A DNA stretch of 64,000 nt, taken from the NCBI GenBank assembly GCA_965231065.1, contig OZ246410.1:193473-257472 (forward strand). The letters are read 5' to 3'. The position numbers were made by a program, and so were the translations under genes. The DNA is from an uncultured Methanosarcinales archaeon. GTDB taxonomy: Archaea > Nanobdellota > Nanobdellia > Woesearchaeales > UBA10107. The notes below the pieces were generated by a model. That model searched no databases. It saw only the letters and a list, made by a program, of their open reading frames with translations, and was not told the origin of the DNA. Below are positions 54,867 to 64,000 of the stretch, piece after piece. How positions within the stretch are numbered: the stretch's first letter is position 1; the number at the start of each line of letters is the position of its first letter.

Positions 54867-55666
54867 TGTGGTTCACCTGGCTTTTGTTCTGTCTTTGGTT
54901 TTGGAGTTCGTTTTTGTTTTGATTCTGATGATGGTACTGTTTGTTCTGTTGTCTCAGGTTTCTTCGCTGCTTCTGTTTTTTGTTTTCGTGAACCTTTCTT
55001 CGCTTTCTTCTTCGCTTCTTTCTCTTCATCTGCTTTCTTTTCGATCGCAGCGTTTTCCTCTACTGTTGTCTCTTCATAGACTTTGATATCATCCGGCAAT
55101 TCAAGGTCCGGCGGCATGATGCGTACCTGTACACCGACCGTACCGGTCTTCAGGTTCGCTGAAGTAATTGCTTTCTTGACACCGTTCATCGCGATATCGC
55201 CGCATTTCTTCAGGTAGCCAGCGTAGAATCGCCATGACTTTGCCCGTGCTGATGGGATCTTTCCTGAGATAAGTATTTCAATGCCTCGCGCTCCTGAGTT
55301 CATGACATCTGCTAATATTTTGTGTGCGATGCCTTTAAATCGTTGTGTGCCGAATCGTTCCATCGTGGATGCGATCTTTTCTGCGACGATCTGAGGATCA
55401 AGATTTACATTCTCGATCTCGGCAATCTCTATCTGTGGATTCTCGAGATTGAATTTGTTCTTCATGGTCAGGGTCAATTCCTTGATGTTTGCACCCTTCT
55501 TACCGACAATCAATCCTGGTCGAGATGCATAAATGATAATCTTGATGCCTGATGGCGTCTTGACTAGTTTTGTATGACTCAAGCCGACATTGGTAAGTGT
55601 GCTCGCTATGTATTTCTCGATAAGATATTCCCGCATGTTCTGACTGACGATCTGTCGCTCTATCAT
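54863..55666 (-). CDS. rps3: Ribosomal protein uS3 with a long Lys/Glu-rich C-terminal tail
   Basis: KH domain and S3-C domain; C-terminal ~70 aa are KKADEEKEAKKKAKK-type low complexity. Confidence 0.9.
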   Translation of the reverse strand: MIERQIVSQNMREYLIEKYIASTLTNVGLSHTKLVKTPSGIKIIIYASRPGLIVGKKGANIKELTLTMKNKFNLENPQIEIAEIENVNLDPQIVAEKIASTMERFGTQRFKGIAHKILADVMNSGARGIEILISGKIPSARAKSWRFYAGYLKKCGDIAMNGVKKAITSANLKTGTVGVQVRIMPPDLELPDDIKVYEETTVEENAAIEKKADEEKEAKKKAKKGSRKQKTEAAKKPETTEQTVPSSESKQKRTPKPKTEQKPGEPQ

Positions 55667-56130
55667 TTCTTCTTCGCTCCCTTGTACTGTCGCTTTTCTA
55701 CTTTCTTCTCTTCAAGGACTATTTCTACATGAGCTCGTTTGCCTTCGCCTGGAGTTCTGCCTCCTCGTGGTTGCGGTGGTGCTCGATGAGCGTTCATGTG
55801 TGTGATATATAAGTCTTTGTTGAGACCTTTGTTATTCGCATTTGCTTCTGCGCTTTCGATAAGCTTGAGTATTTCCCGTGAGACATTTCTTGGATATCTT
55901 CCACCGGCGATGCCTGGCTTATGTGCCACATCTGCGTTATGTCTCTTGAATGGAATCGCCATCTTCATCTCCAATACGCGATGTAAGATGTTCTTTGCAG
56001 CAACCGTACTTCTGTATCTTAGGAAATTACATACCTCAACAGATTCTTTCGGAGAGATCGGCAGACTGACACCTACTGCACGCGCCATCTTGGCTTCGTC
56101 ATATCCGTTGTAGGTGTACTTATATGCCAT
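55663..56130 (-). CDS. rpl22: Ribosomal protein uL22
   Basis: 155 aa L22 consensus. Confidence 0.88.
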   Translation of the reverse strand: MAYKYTYNGYDEAKMARAVGVSLPISPKESVEVCNFLRYRSTVAAKNILHRVLEMKMAIPFKRHNADVAHKPGIAGGRYPRNVSREILKLIESAEANANNKGLNKDLYITHMNAHRAPPQPRGGRTPGEGKRAHVEIVLEEKKVEKRQYKGAKKK

Positions 56131-56132
56131 GT

Positions 56133-56516
56133 TTAATGCACCGATGCGCTCGCACTAGATCGTGTCGCGCCGATACCTGCTGCTCCGTGTTTGACTGGTT
56201 TTCTGGTGAGTGCGAATTCTCCTAATCGATGGCCAAGTAATTCTTCGGTGATCATGACTGGTTGGAATTCCTTGCCACTGTGGACTTTGATTGTCTTGCC
56301 GATCATCTCAGGAATAATGACCATGTCCCGTGCATGTGTCTCTATGTTATTCTTTCCTGCTCTGATCTCGCTCAATAAGTGTTTTTCAACGTCAGTCATT
56401 CCTCGCTTGAGATGCCTTCGTTCTTTTGAAGGAATCAAAAGCATGAACTCCTGTAGACTCATCTCTTTCAACTGTGCTACTGTCTTTCCTTTAAATGCAA
56501 ATTCTTTCTTGATCAT
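56133..56516 (-). CDS. rps19: Ribosomal protein uS19
   Basis: KTIKVHSGKEFQPVMITEELLGHRLGEFALTRK is the S19 signature. Confidence 0.9.
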   Translation of the reverse strand: MIKKEFAFKGKTVAQLKEMSLQEFMLLIPSKERRHLKRGMTDVEKHLLSEIRAGKNNIETHARDMVIIPEMIGKTIKVHSGKEFQPVMITEELLGHRLGEFALTRKPVKHGAAGIGATRSSASASVH

Positions 56517-57226
56517 CGTTTCATACCTGTCCTTCGTGGTCTGATCTTACCGACCTTTCTTCCTGCTGGTGCATATTTTGGAGCGATTGTTGGCTTACCT
56601 TTATGGTGGCTTGATTTACCACCGTATGGATGGTCGACTGCGTTCATCGAGATACCGCAGACAATTGGATATAATTTATTTCGCGCGTGCTTCGCATGAT
56701 ACTTTCGTCCTGCTTTATAGAACGGCTTTTCAGTCCTTCCTGCTCCTGCGACAGAACCGATTTGTGCTCGGCAGTTTGGATCGAAATCCTTCTCTTTTTT
56801 TGATGGCATCAATAATCTGACTGATTTTTCTGATCGTGAAAGTACTTTTCCGAATGTTCCTGAAGTTCGTGCGAATTTACCGCCATCTCCAGGAACATTT
56901 TCGATATTGCAGATGACGGTGCCTTCAGGAATCTGTTTTAATGGCAGTGCATTGCCGTTTTCAGGAGGCGCATTGACTCCTGATTTCAATTCATCGCCGA
57001 CTCGCAATCCGTCTGAGGCAATCATGAGTACGTCTTCTCCATTTGTATATTTGACCTTGCACAATGGCGCGAAATGACCCGCACAATGAACAATGTCATA
57101 GATTCTTCCTGAGAGGACTTCTTTGTCCAATTTTCTGTGTGAAGCTTGTCCGACATAGTTGAAACTCAATGCCCGATATCGTGGCGTTCCCCGTCCTCGT
57201 CGTTGTGCGATTAAATTCTTACCCAT
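56513..57226 (-). CDS. rpl2: Ribosomal protein uL2
   Basis: GRNAxGxxxHPYGGG-type region (SMNAVDHPYGGKSSHHKG) and the L2 beta-barrel. Confidence 0.92.
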   Translation of the reverse strand: MGKNLIAQRRGRGTPRYRALSFNYVGQASHRKLDKEVLSGRIYDIVHCAGHFAPLCKVKYTNGEDVLMIASDGLRVGDELKSGVNAPPENGNALPLKQIPEGTVICNIENVPGDGGKFARTSGTFGKVLSRSEKSVRLLMPSKKEKDFDPNCRAQIGSVAGAGRTEKPFYKAGRKYHAKHARNKLYPIVCGISMNAVDHPYGGKSSHHKGKPTIAPKYAPAGRKVGKIRPRRTGMKR

Positions 57227-57227
57227 C

Positions 57228-57488
57228 TTAGATCAATCCTAATTGTGTCGCGATCTCGATCGCTGGTGTTTCTTTGCTGAAGGTGACGTATGCTTTCTTA
57301 TCGCCTTGTGGTGTGATGTGTGTGGTCACTTTCGCTATCTTGACCTTGAACATTTTTTCAAATGCCTGTTTGATCTCCTGCTTTGTTGCTTTGAACGCTA
57401 CCGTGAAGATCAATTTGTTCTCTGATTCCATCATTCTGATGGATTTTTCAGTTGCGGATGGTCTCTTGATAACTTGGTCGATTTCCAT
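57228..57488 (-). CDS. rpl23: Ribosomal protein uL23
   Basis: 86 aa L23 consensus (KLIFTVAFKATKQEIKQAFEKMFKVKIAKV). Confidence 0.88.
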   Translation of the reverse strand: MEIDQVIKRPSATEKSIRMMESENKLIFTVAFKATKQEIKQAFEKMFKVKIAKVTTHITPQGDKKAYVTFSKETPAIEIATQLGLI

Positions 57489-57490
57489 GA

Positions 57491-58417
57491 TTATGCGCTC
57501 TTCTTTGCCGCTACCTTCTTAAGGGCTGGCTTTGTTGTTTTAACCGCTGGTTTCTTAGCTAGTGGTGTGATTGTCTTGATTTCTTTTTGCTCAGTCTGTC
57601 CTTTGTAATCTTCAGTGAATAATTTCTGAGTATGTAATGCATCAATCGCTTCTTCTGTCCATAGTGTCAGTCGTCCGGGGTGGCATCCTGGCGCTAACAG
57701 TTCTGCGTTCAGGTTCTTTGCTAAGCACACATCGACACCGGGTATGTTCCGTGCTGCCTTTGCCAATGCGCATTCTTTTGAAACGACGAATAATGGACCG
57801 ATTTTGTTCTGAAGTTTTCTTCCTCTGTTCTTTCCTTTCCCTGCACGAACCTTTCGTACTGATGTTCTTTCAAGTTCTTCCGCGAATCCTAGTTTATCCA
57901 ATGTCTTGGCGACATCCTTTGTCTTTGTCGCTGATTCTATTTTATTATCAAGTATGAATGGGAATTCTTTCGGTATGCGGTGTCCTCGCTTCTTCACTAA
58001 GTCTGCGACAACAGTCGCTGCGATCGCTGATCTGATTGCCATTCGATTTTCTTTCTCGTTCACTTTCTGTGTCCAGACTTTGTCTGTCTTTGGCGGATGC
58101 GCTGATCGACCACCGACGGTACCTGGCATCTTTGCACCGACCCAGTTGAATTGTGTTCCGGATCTGCTCAATACCTTTCTCGGGACTCGTGAAATACCAT
58201 GACCGTAGGTTGTCTTGTAATCTCGTCTTCGCTTGGATACTTGCGCTGCATGTCGCTGACCTGCTTCCGGATCTGTTCCGTATGCCTGTCTGGTCGCTGC
58301 TTGGATTGACAATACTGATCGCTGGATGAGATCGAATCTGACTGGTTCAGAGAACTGACTCGGTAGATCCTTACTTCCTTTCTCTGTCCTGTTTCCATCC
58401 ATTATTTTCAGTTTCAT
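57491..58417 (-). CDS. rpl4: Ribosomal protein uL4 (L1e) with an Ala/Lys-rich C-terminal tail
   Basis: 308 aa; L4 core then C-terminal PLAKKPAVKTTKPALKKVAAKKSA. Confidence 0.9.
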   Translation of the reverse strand: MKLKIMDGNRTEKGSKDLPSQFSEPVRFDLIQRSVLSIQAATRQAYGTDPEAGQRHAAQVSKRRRDYKTTYGHGISRVPRKVLSRSGTQFNWVGAKMPGTVGGRSAHPPKTDKVWTQKVNEKENRMAIRSAIAATVVADLVKKRGHRIPKEFPFILDNKIESATKTKDVAKTLDKLGFAEELERTSVRKVRAGKGKNRGRKLQNKIGPLFVVSKECALAKAARNIPGVDVCLAKNLNAELLAPGCHPGRLTLWTEEAIDALHTQKLFTEDYKGQTEQKEIKTITPLAKKPAVKTTKPALKKVAAKKSA

Positions 58418-58499
58418 GATCGTGAATTCCCTCAGCAGTTACTCTTCGTCATCATGTGTATCAGACGGGGATAACCTCATCATCGGTTCATTATTGTTT

Positions 58500-58515
58500 A
58501 GGAACGTTAGTTCCT
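58500..58515 (-). promoter_or_regulatory. Perfect hairpin AGGAAC-GTTA-GTTCCT inside the unusually long (119-nt) L3-L4 intercistronic spacer; a second small hairpin CGGC-TAT-GCCG at 58525-58535
   Basis: Seen directly in sequence; L3 and L4 are normally adjacent or overlapping in archaeal operons. Confidence 0.3.
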
Positions 58516-58536
58516 AAGCTTGAACGGCTATGCCGC

Positions 58537-59523
58537 TCATTGTTTTGAGTGAGTACTTATGTATGTGATCGAAGGAGCTTCCTTCGTGATCATGTGGTTT
58601 GGTCTTGTAGCTGTATTAAATCGGATAAGTCTTTTTGCAGTGCCTGCGATTGATCCTCGCAACATGACATATGTATATTTGACCATGCCGTAATGATGAT
58701 AACCGCCCTTGACATTGATTTCTTCGGGCTTGTCTGAGATTTTGAGAATTTGTTTGTTGAAATCGACTCGTTGATGATAACCGTGCTGACCTGCATGAGA
58801 TACACGGTACATGACGTGACCCTGTCCGGACCAACCGCCTAATGAACCCGGGTTTCTGATTGACTTTTCTGATTTGTGTCTTCTTTTTCCGATGCCGAAT
58901 CTTCGGATAGGACCTTGGTAACCATGACCTCGTGTGATTGCGTGGATATCAACCTGATTTCCTTCTGTGAATATCTCTTTGACCGTTATTTCCTTTCCTA
59001 ATTTTTCTTTTGCGTATGCTAATTGATCTTCTTTGGAACCGCCGATAGCGACTTCAAATATCTCTGGTCGTTTCTTAAGATTGATTAATTTTGGCTGTGT
59101 ATAGACGAGAATCGTTAATGCGTCAAAATCTTTTGCAGAAATAGCGTTTATCTGTTCTTCATTATGTTTTTTTGGTTTTGTTAATTTTCTTTCAACAAGC
59201 TCTTTGTCAAGATTTTTTGCGTTGAATTGGGTCTTTGGTTGCAACCCATATGGAGAAGAAGTGTAAAGGCGGACTGAAGCGACTTTGAGCGGAGGACATT
59301 CAATGATGGTCACCGGCGCAAAGATCTCCTCGCCTTTTGTCTTGGAGGTCTTGACGTTGTCGATTTGCATGACGTGTGTCATGCCGACCTTGTAACCGGC
59401 GAAGCCTAATGCTTTTTTTTCAGTTGTCGTTGCCCATGATCGGACTCTGGCGTACTGTCTGCTGGCTCTCTTTCTAGGCCAAACCTGCATACTTCCATGT
59501 CTTGGTGATCTTGGATTACCCAT
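58537..59523 (-). CDS. rpl3: Ribosomal protein uL3, first gene of the operon
   Basis: 328 aa L3 consensus (GYKVGMTHV..., W-rich loop). Confidence 0.92.
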   Translation of the reverse strand: MGNPRSPRHGSMQVWPRKRASRQYARVRSWATTTEKKALGFAGYKVGMTHVMQIDNVKTSKTKGEEIFAPVTIIECPPLKVASVRLYTSSPYGLQPKTQFNAKNLDKELVERKLTKPKKHNEEQINAISAKDFDALTILVYTQPKLINLKKRPEIFEVAIGGSKEDQLAYAKEKLGKEITVKEIFTEGNQVDIHAITRGHGYQGPIRRFGIGKRRHKSEKSIRNPGSLGGWSGQGHVMYRVSHAGQHGYHQRVDFNKQILKISDKPEEINVKGGYHHYGMVKYTYVMLRGSIAGTAKRLIRFNTATRPNHMITKEAPSITYISTHSKQ

Positions 59524-59794
59524 TGTTGTTTGGAGCCAATAACTTCTTGTAGAAACATTTGGTTTCGTACTGAAAAAGTCGCTTTTCCAGGCTCTGAACG
59601 TTCATAGTCGCCTATAAACGCATTTATGATTTTAGACGAGATGGGTTATTTATAAAGGTTATGTTTTGAGGAGTTCTGGATAGTAAGAACATGACTTAAT
59701 GACTGTGATATGCATATTGTAGAATATATTTCTATATGGAAGATAAATAATAAGAGGCATAAGTAATATTAACTGAGGCTCTTGAGGTTGTTTT

Positions 59795-60457
59795 ATGGAT
59801 GTTAGAAAACTAGACTGGTTCTATGCGGAACACATCGAAGGCAAGGTAGTTACGTTAAGTGATGAAGAATTACGACATGTCAAGGTGAAACGGGATGCAG
59901 CTGATAAGATCGCAGTATTTGACGGAAAAGGTACTGTTGCGGTAGGTAACTTAGTAAAAGATAAAGTTCATGTGGATTCATTGCATGAATTTCCGAAAGA
60001 TGATTCTTTGATCGTTGCGACTGCTGTTCCAAAAGGTGATCGTTGGGATTGGTTACTACAGAAATTGACCGAACTGAATGTTGCTACTATTATCCCAATG
60101 AAGACAAGATATTCTGTTGTTCTTCCAAAAGAGAAGAAAAGCAGATGGCAGAGAATATTGATTGAGGCATGCAAACAATCAAAAAGAGCATGGCTTCCAG
60201 ATGTTCGTGACTTAATGAATTTCAATGATGTTCTTCAGGAAGAAGGTGACGTTAAGATAATTCTAGATCAGAATGGCAAGTCATTAGCTCCTTCACATAA
60301 GAAAACATTAGTATTAGTTGGTCCAGAAGGTGGATTTGATGAATTAGAACTTAAAGATGCAGAGAAATCAGGATTTGTCAAAGCTTCTGTCGGTAAGAAT
60401 GTTTTAAGAATTGAGACGGCTGCAGTCGCGGCTGCTGTGATTATAGGAAATCTTTGA
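59795..60457 (+). CDS. RsmE-like (DUF558) 16S rRNA methyltransferase
   Basis: 220 aa; C-terminal LVLVGPEGGFDELE...LGKNVLRIETAAVAA matches the RsmE SPOUT-type signature. Confidence 0.65.
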   Translation: MDVRKLDWFYAEHIEGKVVTLSDEELRHVKVKRDAADKIAVFDGKGTVAVGNLVKDKVHVDSLHEFPKDDSLIVATAVPKGDRWDWLLQKLTELNVATIIPMKTRYSVVLPKEKKSRWQRILIEACKQSKRAWLPDVRDLMNFNDVLQEEGDVKIILDQNGKSLAPSHKKTLVLVGPEGGFDELELKDAEKSGFVKASVGKNVLRIETAAVAAAVIIGNL

Positions 60458-61166
60458 ATCCTTTCTCTTCGATCTCTTTCGCTAATTCATTTCCGCCTGA
60501 TTTCACAATCTTTCCGTCTTTCATGATGTGGACTTCATCCGGATTGAGATATTTTAATATTCTGCTGTAGTGCGTGATCAAAAGTATTCCTCTATTGGAT
60601 CTTGTCTTGCTGATTCCTTCTGCCACTGTCTGTAACGCATCTACATCAAGTCCTGAATCCGTCTCATCTAATATTGCGTACGCAGGATTAAGCATCAATA
60701 ATTGTAGTATCTCTATTCGTTTCTTTTCTCCACCCGAGAAACCGACATTTGTCGCTCGTTGCGCAAGCGCTTCATCGATGTTGAGCTCCTGCATCTTTTC
60801 TTTCAGTAATTTCCTGAAATCAATGACGCCGATCTTCTTTCCGGTAAGATTATTGACTGCAGTTCGAAGGAATGTGCTCAATGTGATTCCATGAATCTCT
60901 TTTGGATACTGGAATGATAAGAATAGACCGGCCTTGGCTCTGATATTTGCAGGTTCTGAAGTTATATCTTTTCCATCGATGATGATATTTCCTTTCATTA
61001 TCTTATACTTTGGATGTCCCATCAACGCATGGGCCAATGTTGACTTTCCAGAACCATTCGGACCCATCAATGCAACAACTTTGCCTTTTTCTACTGAAAA
61101 TGAAACTCCTTTGACGATCTCTTTCCCTTCGATGGCAATATGTAGATCTTTAATCTCGAGTTTCAT
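60441..61166 (-). CDS. sufC: SufC Fe-S cluster assembly ATPase
   Basis: ABC ATPase Walker A GPNGSGKST, signature LSGGEKKR, Walker B ILDETDSGLD; sits in the suf neighbourhood. Confidence 0.9.
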   Translation of the reverse strand: MKLEIKDLHIAIEGKEIVKGVSFSVEKGKVVALMGPNGSGKSTLAHALMGHPKYKIMKGNIIIDGKDITSEPANIRAKAGLFLSFQYPKEIHGITLSTFLRTAVNNLTGKKIGVIDFRKLLKEKMQELNIDEALAQRATNVGFSGGEKKRIEILQLLMLNPAYAILDETDSGLDVDALQTVAEGISKTRSNRGILLITHYSRILKYLNPDEVHIMKDGKIVKSGGNELAKEIEEKGFKDFL

Positions 61167-61572
61167 AGTCCTTGACTGCTCCTTGGATTGTTTTTAATGA
61201 AAGCAATGCGCATTTTATTCTTGTTATATTGATCGGTATGCCTAATAGTCTGTAAACATCCTCGCTTTTCATCTTCTTTATCTCTGCAAGTGATTTTCCT
61301 TTGACTTCATCAGTCAGCATTGAGATAGCTGCTTGTGATATTGCGCAGCCTTGGCCCGTGAATGAAACATCTGTTACCTTATTGTCTTTAATATCCAGGT
61401 AAGCGATTATTTCATCGCCACAAGTCGGATTTAATTCTCGATGTGATATTCCTTTCAATTCTCCTTTATTGTGTGGATGTTTATAATGATCAAGGATATT
61501 CTCTTTGTAGACTTGCTCCTCTTCTGTAAGACTTCCTTCAATTTCCATCACATGCTTCTGGAATTCGCTCAT
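61150..61572 (-). CDS. SufU/IscU-like Fe-S scaffold (NifU N-terminal type)
   Basis: Start likely MSEFQKH; YKHPHNKGEL...NPTCGDEI...FTGQGCAISQAA with the three conserved Cys. Confidence 0.75.
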   Translation of the reverse strand: MSEFQKHVMEIEGSLTEEEQVYKENILDHYKHPHNKGELKGISHRELNPTCGDEIIAYLDIKDNKVTDVSFTGQGCAISQAAISMLTDEVKGKSLAEIKKMKSEDVYRLLGIPINITRIKCALLSLKTIQGAVKDYETRD

Positions 61573-62759
61573 AGTTTGAACACCTTCATCGCTTTCTGTA
61601 GTGACTCTATGAATGCATCGACATCTGCTTTTGTGTTGTAAAATGAGAATGAAGCACGTGAGCATCCTGGGAGCTTTAGTTCTTTCATCAATGGCATAGC
61701 ACAGTGATGTCCTCCCCTTATCGCGATATTATCCCGATTTAAAATTTCAGAAACATCATGCGGATGCATTCCCTCGATGTGGAATGACAGGATCGCTGCT
61801 CTATCTTTTGTTGGTCCGATGATCTTGACATTCTTCAATGATTTTATTCTCTCTAATGTGTAATTGATGAGTTCTTCCTCGTGTTTCTTGATCTTATCAA
61901 GACCGATCGATTGAATGTAGTCGATTGCAGCAGCTAAACCAATAACTCCTGCAATATTCGGCGTTCCCGCCTCGAATCGATGCGGAATCTCCTTCCAAGT
62001 GCTCTTTTCTTTAGTTACCTCTTCTATCATTTCTCCGCCGAATGTAAATGGATCGAGAATTTCTAATTTTTTACCATATAGTACACCGACACCTGTCGGT
62101 CCGAACATCTTATGCGATGAAAATACAAGAAAATCAACATCAAGATCTTTGACATCAACTTTCGTGAATGCAATGGACTGAGCAGCATCAATGACGACAA
62201 TGGTTCCTTTCTCGTGAGCGAATTTTGTTATTTCTTTGATTGGATTGATCGTTCCCAATACGTTTGAGACATGTGTTAATGCGACAATCTTTGTTTTATT
62301 TGTGATCAGTTTCTTTGCAGCATCCATATCCAATCTGAATTCAGAAGTAATTGGGATGAATTTCAATATAGCGCCTGTCTTCTGCGCGATTTGCTGCCAC
62401 GGAACAATGTTTGAATGGTGTTCCATTATACTTAATACGATTTCATCTCCTTTCTTGATATTTTTTAGTCCAAATGCCACAGCATTTAGACTTTCTGTCG
62501 TTCCGCGAGTGAAAACAATCTGATTTTCTTCAGCGTTGATGAATTTTGCGACTGTCTTTCTTGCGTCTTCATATTTTTCTGTCGCTTTTGCTGATAGATT
62601 GTGTAAACTTCGATGCACATTTGAATTATATTTCTCGTAGAATTCTTTTTCAGCGGCGATAACTTGTGAAGGTTTATGACTTGTGGCTGCGTTATCTAAA
62701 TAAACTAATCTTTTTCCATTACTTTTCTCTTTCAGGATTGGGAAGTCTTGCTCATTCAT
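61569..62759 (-). CDS. sufS: Cysteine desulfurase SufS (class V PLP aminotransferase)
   Basis: 396 aa; PLP-Lys region FSSHKMFGPTGVGVLY, catalytic loop RGGHHCAMP. Confidence 0.88.
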   Translation of the reverse strand: MNEQDFPILKEKSNGKRLVYLDNAATSHKPSQVIAAEKEFYEKYNSNVHRSLHNLSAKATEKYEDARKTVAKFINAEENQIVFTRGTTESLNAVAFGLKNIKKGDEIVLSIMEHHSNIVPWQQIAQKTGAILKFIPITSEFRLDMDAAKKLITNKTKIVALTHVSNVLGTINPIKEITKFAHEKGTIVVIDAAQSIAFTKVDVKDLDVDFLVFSSHKMFGPTGVGVLYGKKLEILDPFTFGGEMIEEVTKEKSTWKEIPHRFEAGTPNIAGVIGLAAAIDYIQSIGLDKIKKHEEELINYTLERIKSLKNVKIIGPTKDRAAILSFHIEGMHPHDVSEILNRDNIAIRGGHHCAMPLMKELKLPGCSRASFSFYNTKADVDAFIESLQKAMKVFKL

Positions 62760-62760
62760 C

Positions 62761-64000
62761 TTAATGTCCTTCTATCTCCAATTCAATCAATTTATTCAAT
62801 TCAACGGCATATTCTAATGGCAATGCCTTTGTTATTGGTTCAATAAATCCGGAGACAATCATTTTTACTGCTTCATCCTTTGTTAAACCACGAGACATCA
62901 GGTAGAATATCTCTTCGTCTCCTATTTTGCCGACAGTTGCTTCGTGCGCAGCATCTACCTCTGAATTTTCGATCTTCAGTGTAGGAATCGCATCTGCCTT
63001 GGATATTTCATCCAGAATTAAACTATTACAACGCATGAATGCCTTCGAACCTTTTGCATTCGGTGTGATGTGCACTAGTCCTCTGTATGTCGATATTCCA
63101 CCGCCTTTCGATATTGATTTTGAATCTATGTATGATGTTGTGTTTGGCGCAGCATGCAAAACTTTAGATCCAGTATCTTGGTTCTGTCCAGGTCCTGCGA
63201 ACGCGATGCCTACTGATTCAGAAGACGCTCCCTCTCCGATCAATACAGACATCGGATACAACATCGTTACTTTACTTCCTGTATTTGCGTTTACCCACGT
63301 TATCCGTGCATCTTTGTGCACCATGGCTCGCTTTGTATTCAGATTGTAGACATTCTTTGACCAATTTTCTACTGATGTATATTTCATCTTTGCATTTGGT
63401 AGGACATGAATCTCTACACAGCCTGCATGCAAAGAACTTTCCTGATATCGCGGTGAAGAGCAACCTTCGATATAATGCAGTTCAGCTCCCTCATCGATGA
63501 CGATCAATGTGTGTTCGAACTGTCCGCCTTTCTGAGCGTTCATCCTGAAATATGCCTGCAAAGGCAACTCAACATTGACGTTTTTAGGAATGTAGATGAA
63601 CGTTCCGCCTGACCAGACTGCTGCATGCAGCATCGTGAATTTGTGTGTGGTTACCGGTATACATGATGTCATGAAGTATTTCTTGACCAGTTCAGGATAT
63701 TTATGTATCGCGACATCCATGTTCTCAAATATGACTCCTTTGTCATGGAGTTGTTTCTGGAGATTGTGATAGACAACGCCTGCATCATATTGCGCACCGA
63801 CTCCAGAGAGAACTTTCTTCTCTGCTTCAGGAATGCCCAGTTTATCGAACGTTCGCTTGATCTCTTCAGGAACTTCTTTCCAATCTGTCGTCTCCTTTGC
63901 GTTCGGATCGATATAGTATACTATTTTGTCTAAATCTAGTTCCTTTAATGATGGTCCCCAGTTCGGCAATGGTGCTGCCAAGAATAGTTTCAATCCGTTT
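62761..64000 (-). CDS. sufB: SufB (Fe-S assembly), probably N-terminally truncated by the window edge
   Basis: Conserved SufB core IPKNVNVELPLQAYFRMN...GQFEHTLIVIDEGAELHYIEGCSSP...ENWSKNVYNL; archaeal SufB is usually longer than 410 aa and the ORF runs to the window end. Confidence 0.8.
   Translation of the reverse strand, partial: NGLKLFLAAPLPNWGPSLKELDLDKIVYYIDPNAKETTDWKEVPEEIKRTFDKLGIPEAEKKVLSGVGAQYDAGVVYHNLQKQLHDKGVIFENMDVAIHKYPELVKKYFMTSCIPVTTHKFTMLHAAVWSGGTFIYIPKNVNVELPLQAYFRMNAQKGGQFEHTLIVIDEGAELHYIEGCSSPRYQESSLHAGCVEIHVLPNAKMKYTSVENWSKNVYNLNTKRAMVHKDARITWVNANTGSKVTMLYPMSVLIGEGASSESVGIAFAGPGQNQDTGSKVLHAAPNTTSYIDSKSISKGGGISTYRGLVHITPNAKGSKAFMRCNSLILDEISKADAIPTLKIENSEVDAAHEATVGKIGDEEIFYLMSRGLTKDEAVKMIVSGFIEPITKALPLEYAVELNKLIELEIEGH

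Noticed and set aside
54817-55086. Lys/Arg-rich 70-aa (minus) and Leu/Ser-rich 83-aa (plus) ORFs at the S3/L29 junction
   Set aside because: They are generated by the low-complexity GAA/AAG-rich DNA that encodes the Lys/Glu tail of uS3. They overlap real r-protein genes in other frames.
1-64000. Search for CRISPR arrays or other long tandem DNA repeats
   Set aside because: No regularly spaced direct repeats of 25-40 nt were seen anywhere. The only DNA-level repeats are the short ORB boxes, the TATA palindrome and in-gene coding repeats.
60441-64000. suf gene order sufB-sufS-sufU-sufC (sufC last, no sufD seen) considered as an anomaly
   Set aside because: Gene order in archaeal suf clusters is variable, and the window ends inside or just upstream of sufB, so sufD could lie beyond the edge. 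This is not enough to call unusual.

Overview
This window reads as an archaeal chromosomal segment: AT-rich (about 39-40% GC by eye), densely packed with information-processing genes, and punctuated by accessory islands. A DPANN-like or other small-genome lineage is a plausible source but cannot be proven from here. Core content on the minus strand includes a Pyrococcus-style origin locus (AT-rich spacer with inverted ORB boxes, then orc1/cdc6, PolD small and PolD large) and the large universal r-protein operon (L3-L4-L23-L2-S19-L22-S3-L29-SUI1-Rpp29-S17-L14-L24-S4e-L5-S14-S8-L6-L32e-L19e-L18-S5-L30-L15-SecY, then a DUF106/YidC-like gene). Downstream of that operon sit an RsmE-like gene on the plus strand and a minus-strand suf cluster (SufB partial, SufS, SufU, SufC). 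On the plus strand a TBP-MCM-(OB-fold + winged-helix) operon is preceded by an exact 20-nt copy of the origin ORB box. Other core genes are RFC-small, FEN-1, Hjc, PAN, TFE-alpha, Pelota, aIF2-beta, an eIF2B-family protein, PheRS alpha and beta, TyrRS, Trm5, tRNA-splicing endonuclease, RNase Z, L34e, L14e, a TtuA-like tRNA thiolase and two inverted TrmB-family paralogs. There are three tRNA genes. tRNA-Trp is ordinary. The other two fold oddly by hand: one carries a UGU anticodon with a 23-nt insertion at the variable-loop position, and one carries a GCU anticodon without a long variable arm. Accessory content is a tRNA-adjacent AT-rich islet with two small DNA-binding proteins and an IS4/IS5-family transposase, a TM-anchored tandem-repeat protein, an 835-aa surface protein with CARDB-like repeats, and a tight five-gene plus-strand cluster (30261-35959) of exported proteins. 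In that cluster three tandem paralogous lipoprotein-like genes share an N-terminal Ig-like module and a conserved six-cysteine framework. This cluster is the best candidate here for an undescribed cell-surface system. No CRISPR array was seen. All calls come from reading the ORF translations and the DNA by eye, with no database search.
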